A stretch of DNA of 64,000 nucleotides from a virus. Position 1 is the stretch's first letter; every line of letters starts with the position of its first letter. Shown piece after piece: positions 1 through 8,070 of the stretch. The notes under the pieces are model-generated. The model was not told the DNA's origin and did not search any database. It saw nothing but the letters and a program-made list of their open reading frames with translations. The stretch is taken from positions 28,258 through 92,257 of the IMG/VR virus record IMGVR_UViG_3300050821_018287. One strand, written 5' to 3'. A program made the translations under genes and the position numbers.

Positions 1-640
1 TCGCCGGCATGTAGCGGACCGCCTTCGCCACCGGCACCTGCGCCTGAACGAAGATGGAGGCGCGCCGGTAGCGCCGATCCACGTTCTCCTCGTCGTCCAG
101 GTACCGCATCCGCTCCATCGAGTAGGTGGCGCGCTCGTTGAAGTAGTGGGGGAGATCCAGCCGAAACCCGTACATGAAATCGACCGGGTTGAAAGCCGCC
201 TCGCACATCGCCATCAGCTCCCGGCGCATCGCCCGGTCCACCGCCCAGATGTCGACGATGATGGGGAGTGTGAACTCCGCCAGCTTCAGGAGGTAGGGGC
301 CGTCGATGTCGGTGCCGATCTTGTAGCGAGGATCCAGCGTCGGAGTGAAGCTGTGCGCGTCGTAGATGCCTTCCTCCTGGCTCCACACCGCCGCCGACGG
401 GTACTCCGCCTGGGACTCGGCGTCCGCCCACTCGGAGAAGACCTTGTTGAAGCGGACTTCGCGCCCACCCACCGCCACCGCCTTCAGCGTCAGGAGGTAC
501 TCGGCGAGCCCCCGCGTCAGCGCCGTCCGCGCGTCCGTCTCGCGGTTCAGCGTGTAGGCCACCGGCTTCGTGTCGGAGGTGACGAGGGTGGTGCCGGGGA
601 TCGGCGAGAGGTCCACGCCTTCCGAGGGGAGATCGCTCAA
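1..640 (-). CDS. putative tail terminator/completion protein (runs off the window edge)
   Basis: Not in the ORF track. Read by hand from TTG at 640 (TTGA overlap with the upstream stop): MSDLPSEGVDLSPIPG...YPSAAVW...VDIWAVDRAMRRELMAMCE..., open to position 1. Position after the neck genes and the YP.A.V / vDiw...r pattern fit tail terminators. Confidence 0.55.
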   Translation of the reverse strand, partial: MSDLPSEGVDLSPIPGTTLVTSDTKPVAYTLNRETDARTALTRGLAEYLLTLKAVAVGGREVRFNKVFSEWADAESQAEYPSAAVWSQEEGIYDAHSFTPTLDPRYKIGTDIDGPYLLKLAEFTLPIIVDIWAVDRAMRRELMAMCEAAFNPVDFMYGFRLDLPHYFNERATYSMERMRYLDDEENVDRRYRRASIFVQAQVPVAKAVRYMPA

Positions 641-1158
641 CGGATCACCCCCAACCCGGACATCGCGCGGTCCAACGCCCGGCGGATCTCCTCGTGAATG
701 AAGCGGGTGATCTCCTTCCGCGCGCCGGTGAGGACGCGCCGCGCGCGCAAGCCACGCTTCCCGATTGCCTTCGAGACGGGGAACGCCGCACCCTCCGCCT
801 CCGACTTCGAGAGCCCCGCGCGCCTCTGCAACCAATGAGCGATCGGGGCGAGCGGAGGCGGGCGCGCCCCGCGGCGCCGGCCGAACTCGATGACACCCGA
901 GTAGGGCATGAGGTTGAAGACGAGAGCGCCGGTGGGGGTGGGCTCCGACTTCCAGCCGCGAGCGTAGTCGCCGGTGTTGAAGGCGCCCACCTGTCCCTTC
1001 GGGCTGGCCGGCTTCGCTGTGCGGGCGCGGGTGTGGAGAAGCGGAAGCGCGCGCAGAGCGCCGGAGACGATGCCCTTTCGGGCCTCGTGTTTGAAGCTCT
1101 GGCCGAGCGCCTTGTAGTGCTTCTCCAGGCCCTTCAGGGAGATCTTGACCGTAATCAT
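637..1158 (-). CDS. HK97 gp10-like neck/tail-completion protein
   Basis: C-terminal part of ORF 637..1827 from ATG 1158 (MITVKISLKGL). Contains NTGDYARGW, PYSGVIEFGRR and AFPVSKAIGKRG motifs typical of gp10-like proteins. Confidence 0.7.
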   Translation of the reverse strand: MITVKISLKGLEKHYKALGQSFKHEARKGIVSGALRALPLLHTRARTAKPASPKGQVGAFNTGDYARGWKSEPTPTGALVFNLMPYSGVIEFGRRRGARPPPLAPIAHWLQRRAGLSKSEAEGAAFPVSKAIGKRGLRARRVLTGARKEITRFIHEEIRRALDRAMSGLGVIR

Positions 1159-1712
1159 CAGAAGCCCGGCTGCCCATCCCGCGCGCGATCCTCGTGCGCC
1201 TTCTCCAGCGTCACCTGCCACTGAAACTTGCCGGCGAAGAACTGCGGCGCGGCGCGAAGCTGAAAGCGGCGCTTCTGCCCCGAGAGGCCGTCCGAGCGAA
1301 GGAATTCCACCTCCCAGAAAATCTCCTGGTCGTTCGGAATGGGCGTGCCGTCGTCGTCGATCCCGCGGAGCTGCTCCTCCGTGAGCTGCCCGGAGATCTG
1401 CGTGACGAGAATGGAGCCCACTTCGTCGAGGCCCACCGGCTGGACGATCTCCTGGACCCCGGCGAGATCCGTCATCTTCGGCGTCGGCAGGAGGAGAAAC
1501 TCCGAGCCCGGGATGAGGTTGGGCATCCCGAGCCCGCGAGAGCCTCCGGACCACTGCACCCGAACGATCTTCACCGTGTACGGACGCATCCCGAATACGC
1601 TCAGCAAATCCCTCAGCTTGTCGGCGACAGGGAGCAACGTCCGCTGGAGCGTCTTCGCGAGCTGGAGCCCGGTGACCACCGTGAAGGGCCCGCCCTGTTG
1701 AGGAAGGGACAT
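1158..1712 (-). CDS. putative head closure / head-tail joining protein
   Basis: 184-aa beta-rich ORF between the adaptor and gp10-like genes; call rests on synteny. Confidence 0.5.
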   Translation of the reverse strand: MSLPQQGGPFTVVTGLQLAKTLQRTLLPVADKLRDLLSVFGMRPYTVKIVRVQWSGGSRGLGMPNLIPGSEFLLLPTPKMTDLAGVQEIVQPVGLDEVGSILVTQISGQLTEEQLRGIDDDGTPIPNDQEIFWEVEFLRSDGLSGQKRRFQLRAAPQFFAGKFQWQVTLEKAHEDRARDGQPGF

Positions 1713-2126
1713 TTACCCGTTCCTCGTGGGAATGGAGCCGGCGCGGCCCGGCCCGCCGACGGTGCGGTAGCGCATCGAATAGGCGTAGACGGGGACCCCG
1801 AGGATGTCCGCGAGGCGATACCCCCACCGGCGGTATTCGTCCTCCAGCCGCTCCAGCTCGTCCGAGCGCAGGGTCAGGTCGTCGAGCTTGTCCGCGGCGA
1901 GCCGATCCTGCCCGGCGATCAGCTTCGTCTCGATCCCGTCCATGATGTTGATGTAGCGGCGCACGCGATCCTCCGCGTACGGCACCAGCAACGTCACCGC
2001 CGACTCGAAGAGGAAGGCGGTTTGAATGGGCCGGGGGATGCCGAACTGGATTGACGCCGCCGGCTGCACCTCTGGGTAGCCGAGGTGGTACCGGCAGCGC
2101 TCAATCTCGGGCTGTGAAAGGGCCAT
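1713..2126 (-). CDS. putative head-tail adaptor (connector)
   Basis: 137 aa, helical, N-terminal EIERCRYHLGY; located downstream of the capsid gene. Confidence 0.55.
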   Translation of the reverse strand: MALSQPEIERCRYHLGYPEVQPAASIQFGIPRPIQTAFLFESAVTLLVPYAEDRVRRYINIMDGIETKLIAGQDRLAADKLDDLTLRSDELERLEDEYRRWGYRLADILGVPVYAYSMRYRTVGGPGRAGSIPTRNG

Positions 2127-2151
2127 TCCTACCGCTCACGTCGAGGAGCGG

Positions 2152-2442
2152 TTACCCCTCGATCGGCTCCATCTCCACCTTCGCCAGCTTCAGGTACTCG
2201 ACGTCGTGTGAGTGGCTCGTCACCACCTGGCCGGCGGCGAAGAAGTGGATCGCGCCGTTGTAGTTGATGTGGCGGCCGACCTTCACCCGGTACTTCTTCG
2301 GGCCCTCTTCCTTCTGCGGAGCGGCTTCCTCGGCAGGCTTGGACTCCGGCACGGCGACCGCGGACACCTCCACCTTCGCGTCGCCTTCCGCCGGGGCCGC
2401 CACTTCCGACTCGCCACCATCGATCTTCACGCGCTTGCCCAT
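2152..2442 (-). CDS. small capsid-associated hypothetical protein
   Basis: ATG 2442 preceded by GAGGAG; 96 aa with an acidic Ala/Pro linker and a short C-terminal beta domain. Confidence 0.65.
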   Translation of the reverse strand: MGKRVKIDGGESEVAAPAEGDAKVEVSAVAVPESKPAEEAAPQKEEGPKKYRVKVGRHINYNGAIHFFAAGQVVTSHSHDVEYLKLAKVEMEPIEG

Positions 2443-2464
2443 GTGAGCTTCTCCTCGGTCAAGG

Positions 2465-2885
2465 AAAGTGGAGGTGGAACGCTGAGGTGAACTCTCGGGA
2501 ATCCGGTCTGACCCGACCGTGGGGGGATGTCCGCGAGTACGATCCTCTTGTTCCGACCTCCGATGTGAAGCGGTTCCGTGGCAAAAGCCAGGGTTTGCTT
2601 CACGTGGGGACGTGTCGAAACCTGGGCAGCAAGCCCGAGGGCGCAGTGATTCGGTACGCAGATGACAGGCAGTGACCGACCGCCAGGCGTCGAGCGTACA
2701 GGCACAATGCTGGTGACGCGTCCGTGGACCACCTCGTTGGAGTAGCTCTCGATTGGGGAGAGCATCGTGGTGGTGGAGCCGTGGAGCGACACTCCATGTG
2801 CGCTTGGGGCCCCGTTGTAGGTTGGCACGAGGCCAACACATTCGACGACGGCGGGGGCGCCCGCGGGTGCTTCCACTCTGGCGCC
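2465..2885 (+). ncRNA. candidate large structured non-coding RNA, antisense to the late operon
   Basis: Dense hairpins whose G-U pairs work on the + strand, e.g. ATGTGAAGC/GCTTCACGT, GTGGAG/CTCCAT, CCGTTG/CGACGG, GTTGGC/GCCAAC, GCTCTC/GAGAGC. Long-range GGAGGTGGAA (~2470) / TTCCACTCT (~2871) pairing. The + strand is G-rich here, unlike the flanks. Confidence 0.45.
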
Positions 2886-2920
2886 GCTCTCCGTCAAAAG
2901 GATCTCCTTCTGTACTGCGA

Positions 2921-2960
2921 GGGGGGTGGCGCGAATCGCAGAAACCGCGCCACCTCCCCT
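2921..2960. terminator. GC-rich hairpin downstream of the capsid gene (terminator/stabiliser-like)
   Basis: GGGGGGTGGCGCG-N12-CGCGCCACCTCCC, a 13-bp stem with one G-T pair; no clear U-tract. Confidence 0.4.
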
Positions 2961-2974
2961 GGCCCTGGCAAGGC

Positions 2975-4360
2975 TTAGCCGTGCTCGATGGCGACGAAGC
3001 GCTTGTAGCGCGCGGCGTCGCCGGTGGTGGCGTCCGTCCGGATCGGCCAGTCACCCATGAACTTCCAGCTCGCGGACACCAAGTCCTGGAGCCGGTTCAG
3101 CGGCGAGCGGAGGAGGAGCTGGATGCGCTCGGTGTTCACCTCGATGCCGTTGTTGCTGATGCGCGGCTCGCCCACCTTCCCGGTGACACCGGCCTCGGTC
3201 AAGAGCAGCGCGAGGTCGATGTAGTACTCCATGATGCCGCCCTGGCCGGTGAACAGCGCCCGGTGGACCGGCACGGAGCTGGCGTTGAGCAGCTCTCCCG
3301 GGAACGGATCCGTGAGGATGTAGTTGCCGGACTTGTCGCCCACGGTCTCCTTCAGCGGCGACTCCGTGTTGCGGAAGAAGGCGACACCGAGGATGTAGCC
3401 GATGCCGAACTGCTTGTACATGAAGTAGTCCGGCAAGGACGTGTGGAGGCGCTGCCACTCGGGATCCGCGAAGATCTCCGACTCGGACGTCGGGTCCAGG
3501 TGGCAGTGGAAAGCGCCGTCGGTGTGCTCCGGGACGTTCTCCTGGCGCATGCGGGAGACCGCGGAGCGGACCGCCTGCATCGTGAGCAGCGAGCCCGCGT
3601 TGATCGAGTCGATCGAGTTGCCTCCGCCGACGCGCACTAGCACCGAGGCGTCGTTGGAGATGACCGGATCGCGGGAGGAGAACGTCTGCGCCACGTCGAG
3701 CGTCAGCGTTCCCGGCCCCACCTCATCCCCGGGGTTGGTCGAGGAGAAGCCGATCACGTTCACCGAGAGCGGCACGCCCGCGTGGATGATGTTGATGGGG
3801 AGGGGGTTGTTGCCGGTGACGACGCTGAACTGCACCGGGCTTCCCAGCGCCAGATCCGGCCGGCGGGAGCGGGTGAAGCCGTTCAGCCGGACCACCGGCA
3901 GCGACGTGGTGGCCGCGCCGGAGGCCGAAGCCACCGTGTTGCCCGACAGCGCCGCGTTGAACATCCTGTTGCGGACGATCCGGTTCAACGTCTGTCCCGC
4001 GGCGAGCCCGAGCTGCTGAGCGTTGCGCAGGAAGAGGTTGGCGATGGCGACGATGCTCGTCGGCATGTGGGTGTCGATCGTCTGCGCGTACTGCTGGACG
4101 ATCGCGTTCCACTGCTCCTCGGTGTACGTCTGAGGAATCGGGTCCTGGCCGGGGACGATGGGCTGTCCGTTCGGCGGGATGAGCCCGGTGCCGGTGAAGA
4201 ACATCGAATCACCGACGTTCCCCGGGAAGATGACGGGGGCTGCCTCGCCTCGGTACAACAAGCGGGGGAAGAGAGCATCATGGAACGCACGCTCCAGGAT
4301 TCCATCCTGCACCAGGGCGCGGATGTTGGGATCCTGGAGAATGACGGTAAAGTCGGCCAT
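2975..4360 (-). CDS. major capsid protein (HK97 fold)
   Basis: 461 aa, directly after the scaffold gene, with GAGGAG RBS. LTMQAVRSAVSRMRQENVP...FHCHLDP...IFADPEW...IGYILGVAF...PLNRLQ motifs resemble N4-gp56-like capsid proteins. Confidence 0.85.
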   Translation of the reverse strand: MADFTVILQDPNIRALVQDGILERAFHDALFPRLLYRGEAAPVIFPGNVGDSMFFTGTGLIPPNGQPIVPGQDPIPQTYTEEQWNAIVQQYAQTIDTHMPTSIVAIANLFLRNAQQLGLAAGQTLNRIVRNRMFNAALSGNTVASASGAATTSLPVVRLNGFTRSRRPDLALGSPVQFSVVTGNNPLPINIIHAGVPLSVNVIGFSSTNPGDEVGPGTLTLDVAQTFSSRDPVISNDASVLVRVGGGNSIDSINAGSLLTMQAVRSAVSRMRQENVPEHTDGAFHCHLDPTSESEIFADPEWQRLHTSLPDYFMYKQFGIGYILGVAFFRNTESPLKETVGDKSGNYILTDPFPGELLNASSVPVHRALFTGQGGIMEYYIDLALLLTEAGVTGKVGEPRISNNGIEVNTERIQLLLRSPLNRLQDLVSASWKFMGDWPIRTDATTGDAARYKRFVAIEHG

Positions 4361-4370
4361 CGGTTTGACT

Positions 4371-4455
4371 CCTCGTACGGTGGAAAAACGTGGTGCTACT
4401 ACCTCACATCCCAGGCCGTGAGGTCAACTGCTCCGCCGTGATTTCCACCGTCGAG
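4371..4455 (-). promoter_or_regulatory. long leader hairpin overlapping the capsid Shine-Dalgarno
   Basis: CCTCG/CGAGG, ACGGTGGAAA/TTTCCACCGT (10 bp perfect) and inner ACCTCAC/GTGAGGT (7 bp perfect). The 3' arm on the mRNA includes the GAGG of GAGGAG. Confidence 0.55.
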
Positions 4456-4466
4456 GGCCCTGCGAC

Positions 4467-5354
4467 CTAGGTCGGAACGGTCATCCCGCGCCTGCGGATT
4501 TCCGCTGCGAACTCAGGTCCCGACAGCTTCTTCACGTCAAGGCCGTTGCCCTTCCCGCCTCCGGCAATTTCCCCGGGCTTCGGAGGAGTCTGCTCTCCCC
4601 CCTTCGTCCCGGTTGTGGCGGGCTTCGTCACCTTTGGCGCTTCACCGAACAGGTACGGGCGATCCGTCTTGAGCTGTTCGAGCCACTTCGACTCGTCGAA
4701 CCCCTTCAGATCCTCCTCCGACTTCCCCTTCAACTCCGTGCGCAGGAGGAAGACGGCCACCGGAACATCCTTGACACCGGCCTTGTAGCAGGCGTCGCGG
4801 ATGGCCATTTCGGTCTCCGTACCTTCCTTCTCCCGCTCGGCCCGCTTCCGGGCTTCGGCCTCTTGTCGGGCCTTTCGAGCGAGTCCCTGACGCTCCTTGT
4901 CCCACTCCGCGCGGTCCCGCTGGTAGCGGGCCCAGGCCCGCCGGTCGTTCCGGCCTCCTGGGGGTGGCTTCGGCTCGCCGTTGGAGGTGGTGGTCTCCCG
5001 GGTCTCCCGGGTCTCCCGCCGCTCTCCGCCCTTCGGGGACGGAGCGGACAGCTTGGCCAGGACATCATCGAAGGACTGGAAGCCGGCCTTCTTGATCTTC
5101 TCCTGGAACTCCGCGAGCGCTTCCTTGCGTCCGCGGTCCTTGCTGTCGTCCAACCGCTTCTTCAGCGCCTTCGATGGGATGACGACGTTTTTCCCGTCGC
5201 CCACCACCGTATCGCCACCGGCTCCGGCAGCCTTCGCCGCCGCTGCCTTGTCTGCCGCTTCCTTCGCCGCCGCTTCGGCCGCTGCTGCTGCCGCTGCATC
5301 GGGTGGGGGAGGTGTACCTGCTCCTGGTCCTGCTCCGTCTTTCGCGTCCGGCAT
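4467..5354 (-). CDS. capsid scaffolding protein
   Basis: 295 aa charged coiled coil immediately upstream of the capsid gene. LEQLKTDRPYLF followed by a Gly/Pro/Lys tail is typical of phage scaffolds. Confidence 0.8.
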   Translation of the reverse strand: MPDAKDGAGPGAGTPPPPDAAAAAAAEAAAKEAADKAAAAKAAGAGGDTVVGDGKNVVIPSKALKKRLDDSKDRGRKEALAEFQEKIKKAGFQSFDDVLAKLSAPSPKGGERRETRETRETTTSNGEPKPPPGGRNDRRAWARYQRDRAEWDKERQGLARKARQEAEARKRAEREKEGTETEMAIRDACYKAGVKDVPVAVFLLRTELKGKSEEDLKGFDESKWLEQLKTDRPYLFGEAPKVTKPATTGTKGGEQTPPKPGEIAGGGKGNGLDVKKLSGPEFAAEIRRRGMTVPT

Positions 5355-5535
5355 CGCTTCCTCGTGGAAGCCCTCTGGGTTTACTCCGTCCGGTCATTCC
5401 GGCTGTTTACCGCCGCCGTCCGCGTGGACGACAGAGACAACTTGCCGGGCTGGCGAATGGCGATAGTCCCAGACGCTTTTGGCTATTCGCCGGAGGGCGC
5501 TCTGTCCCCCCGGGTACGTTGAACTGCCGCTCCTT

Positions 5536-6021
5536 CTAGAACTCGGCCTGAACCGAGGTCATGTTGACCGCGGGACGGGGGATGTACTCGATGACGAAGC
5601 CGGTGACGGCCGCCTCGAAGGTGAGGGTGGTGCCGTCGTCTGACAACACCGCCACGCCCGGGCCACCCGCGTCGCCCGCCAGCGGGGTTCCGCCGGAGTC
5701 CACCACGATGCGCGAGCCCGCGAAGGCGGCGCCCGCGGTGACGCGGAGGGAGGTGACCGAGAGGATTGCCGGGAGGAAGGTGGCCGGGGGCTCGACGTTG
5801 GTGTTGACGCCGGGGGTGGCAAAGGCGGCGGCGGCGATGGCCGCGGCGTTGTTCCCGAACACCTGCTGCGCCGCCGCCGAGGTCAGGCCCGAGAAGGTCT
5901 GCTTCTGGGGGGTGAGGTGCGTCCCGAGCTTCACCTGCCGCAGGAGGTCCGGCACGAGGTTCGGATCGGCGTTGTCGAGGAGGTTCTGCGGGGTCTCGGT
6001 GATGGTGCGGGTGGAAGCCAT
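5536..6021 (-). CDS. putative head decoration protein
   Basis: 161 aa Ala/Thr/Gly-rich, strong AAGGAG RBS, head-module position. Confidence 0.5.
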   Translation of the reverse strand: MASTRTITETPQNLLDNADPNLVPDLLRQVKLGTHLTPQKQTFSGLTSAAAQQVFGNNAAAIAAAAFATPGVNTNVEPPATFLPAILSVTSLRVTAGAAFAGSRIVVDSGGTPLAGDAGGPGVAVLSDDGTTLTFEAAVTGFVIEYIPRPAVNMTSVQAEF

Positions 6022-6050
6022 TGCGTCGTTGCTCCTTGTGAAGGCGGGAC

Positions 6051-6449
6051 CTACGCGGTCTGCCCGAGGAATACATCAACTGTGGTCACTTGACCAGCGA
6101 GTCGAGTGAGGCTCAGCGCCGTGTAGGGCACCGTGTGGGAAATGAGGGCCAGGAATCCGTCCACAGGAATCACCTGAGAAGTGCCGTCCGCGCTCGTCAG
6201 CACCGCGTCGATCTTTAGGGAGGGCGACTTGATGATGATGATGTTGGCACCGCCGGGGGTCACCGTCCCCACCGCGCCGAAGGGAACCGCCTGCGGGCTG
6301 TCCGCGTTGAGCTGGAGCCCGGAGACGAGCTGTTTGGCGAGGAGTTGGTACTCCTCGTCGATCGGCGCGACGAGATCCGCGATCGTGGAAGGCGCGCCGA
6401 CGTTGGGCGTCGTCGTGTAGCTTCCGGTGAGCGCGAAGTTGTCGGCCAT
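6051..6449 (-). CDS. putative virion structural protein
   Basis: 132 aa, beta-rich (Thr/Val/Gly), in the head module. Confidence 0.5.
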   Translation of the reverse strand: MADNFALTGSYTTTPNVGAPSTIADLVAPIDEEYQLLAKQLVSGLQLNADSPQAVPFGAVGTVTPGGANIIIIKSPSLKIDAVLTSADGTSQVIPVDGFLALISHTVPYTALSLTRLAGQVTTVDVFLGQTA

Positions 6450-6506
6450 GAAAGGAGTGGTCGGGCCGTCTCGAAAGAGCTACCGGCCCGACCGGGGCGT
6501 GATGGT

Positions 6507-6704
6507 TTACCGCCCGCTGGGCGTCATCGGCCCGACGGTGAAGGGGGAGGGATCCGTGCCCTTCGGCATCTGGCTCTCCTGGAGGAGATCCTTCTGCGGC
6601 ACCTTCGCCACGACATCCTCGTACTTCCCGTGCTTCTTGTCGTAGGTCTCCGCCGCGTTGGGCGTCTCGCCTTGCAGGAGATCTTGGTTGGGGGTGTCGC
6701 TCAT
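6507..6704 (-). CDS. small disordered protein, YDxKHGKY family
   Basis: 65 aa; contains QDLLQGETPNAAETYDKKHGKY and ends PSPFTVGPMTPSGR. Confidence 0.7.
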   Translation of the reverse strand: MSDTPNQDLLQGETPNAAETYDKKHGKYEDVVAKVPQKDLLQESQMPKGTDPSPFTVGPMTPSGR

Positions 6705-6729
6705 CTTCCTTCTCCGGGGTGGATGCGGG

Positions 6730-6894
6730 CTACTTCCCGCCCTTCATGCTCAACGGCTGGTGGGTCTCGGCGCTCTGCTTGACGGCCTTCGCCTTCGCGG
6801 TCATCACCTTCGAGCCGTCGTACTTCCCGTGCTTCGAGTCGTACGCCTCGTGAGCCTTCGGGAGATCTCCGCTGACCAGATCCTCATTGCACAT
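6730..6894 (-). CDS. small disordered protein, paralogue of 6507..6704
   Basis: Below the track cut-off; read by hand: MCNEDLVSGDLPKAHEAYDSKHGKYDGSKVMTAKAKAVKQSAETHQPLSMKGGK. Shares YDxKHGKY with its neighbour. Confidence 0.7.
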   Translation of the reverse strand: MCNEDLVSGDLPKAHEAYDSKHGKYDGSKVMTAKAKAVKQSAETHQPLSMKGGK

Positions 6895-6906
6895 GGTTCG
6901 CTCTCC

Positions 6907-7185
6907 CTACTTCACGGTGAACGGGGTGTCCAGGCCCCCGGTGGTGGGCTTCACGACGTTGCCCTTGGCAGCCAGCGCCTCGGACTCGTCGTAGTGTTGG
7001 GCGGTGACGCCGGGGAGATCCGTCCCCGCGACCGGCGAGCCGATCTGCGGGTCGATCGTCATCTGCGGTCCGGCGTTGAACATCTTGGAATCGGTGCCCT
7101 TCTCCAGGGCGCGCATCCGCGGAGAGCGCGGCGTGCTCACCGAGCCCGCGATGCCCTTGCCTGCAAACGGCCTCTCGCTCGCCAT
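6907..7185 (-). CDS. small disordered head-region protein
   Basis: 92 aa, AAAGGAG RBS, ends DTPFTVK. Confidence 0.7.
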   Translation of the reverse strand: MASERPFAGKGIAGSVSTPRSPRMRALEKGTDSKMFNAGPQMTIDPQIGSPVAGTDLPGVTAQHYDESEALAAKGNVVKPTTGGLDTPFTVK

Positions 7186-7196
7186 CGTCGTCTCCT

Positions 7197-7580
7197 TTAC
7201 TTCTTCACCGGCCGGGAGCCCAGAACGAAGGGCGCTGCCGGCGACTCGACTGAGTGCCGAGAGGGGAAATCGCGTTGGTAGTCCGCGCCCGCGAAGCCCA
7301 GGTCACCCTTCGCCCGGCGCTCGGTGTGCTCCCGGGGGACACCCTCGAAACCCAGCGCGTCGTTCGCGAAGGCGTGCTTGGCGCCGTCCCGAGTCTCCCA
7401 GTTCAACGGGCGCTCCGCCGGCCACTGCTGCTCCTGGAACGGCTCGTACCCGTACTCGTTCACCATCTTCGGCTCCTTGAAGACGGAGATGGGGCGCTCC
7501 TGCGGCGCGCGCTGCTCGTCCGGCACCATCACATGGAGCTTCTCGGGTGCTGGGGCCTTGGGGAGAGCCATGCGCGCCAT
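7197..7580 (-). CDS. small disordered head-region protein
   Basis: 127 aa (alternative start 7571), ends AAPFVLGSRPVKK. Confidence 0.65.
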   Translation of the reverse strand: MARMALPKAPAPEKLHVMVPDEQRAPQERPISVFKEPKMVNEYGYEPFQEQQWPAERPLNWETRDGAKHAFANDALGFEGVPREHTERRAKGDLGFAGADYQRDFPSRHSVESPAAPFVLGSRPVKK

Positions 7581-7608
7581 CGTACACGCCGCGCCGCGGC
7601 GTACGCAA
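7579..7608 (-). promoter_or_regulatory. sigma70-like promoter candidate
   Basis: TTGCGT-N18-TACGAT; the predicted +1 would fall at ATG 7571, giving a leaderless mRNA. Confidence 0.35.
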
Positions 7609-7611
7609 GAG

Positions 7612-8046
7612 CTACTCCTCTGCCGCGCTGCGCTGGCGCTTCGCTGCCGCGGCGGCGCGCTGGGGCGTGGCGATCTTCCCGTCCACTATGGCTTGGTAAA
7701 TGGAGGTAATCAGCGCGTCACGCCGATCGTCCCCCTCTTTGATGTTGCTGAGCGCCAACTCGTGCTCCTTCTCGTGGACAGCGATCTCCTCCTGGACGTC
7801 CTTGTGGAGCTGAGCGACGGCCTTGTTCGAGGAGGTGACGGTCCACCCGGCGATCCCCACGCCGATCATCAGCGCCACTCCGAGCGTCCCACCGAGGATG
7901 GTGAGGAGGCGCCCGTAGCTGACGAAGTGCTGGTCCAGCTTTTCGAGCCGCTTCAGGACATCGCGCACCGCAACGCGGACACGGGGATCCGTGTTCTGCT
8001 CCACGAGGTCCCGAGTGGGGTGCTCCTCGGAAGAGTCGATCGCCAT
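7612..8046 (-). CDS. single-pass membrane protein with coiled coil
   Basis: One hydrophobic segment, LLTILGGTLGVALMIGVGIAGWTV; GGAGG RBS. Confidence 0.65.
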   Translation of the reverse strand: MAIDSSEEHPTRDLVEQNTDPRVRVAVRDVLKRLEKLDQHFVSYGRLLTILGGTLGVALMIGVGIAGWTVTSSNKAVAQLHKDVQEEIAVHEKEHELALSNIKEGDDRRDALITSIYQAIVDGKIATPQRAAAAAKRQRSAAEE

Positions 8047-8070
8047 GCCCCTACCTCCGGATGCGCGTGC

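Noticed and set aside
2461-2500. CCACCTCCAC on the minus strand resembling a tmRNA/tRNA 3' end, and GGAAAGT resembling RNase P
   Set aside because: No TTCRA T-loop in the right place, no CCA, no matching 5' acceptor strand, and none of the other RNase P conserved blocks.
2776-2805. GAGCCGTGGAG...GCTT resembling group II intron domain V
   Set aside because: Lower helix and bulge geometry do not fit domain V; no GUGYG 5' end, interrupted gene or reverse transcriptase was found.
2427-2897. 156-aa minus-strand ORF with AGAAGGAG before a TTG
   Set aside because: Many A/T-ending codons compared with neighbouring genes, no motif, and it coincides with dense RNA-like structure. Not fully excluded.
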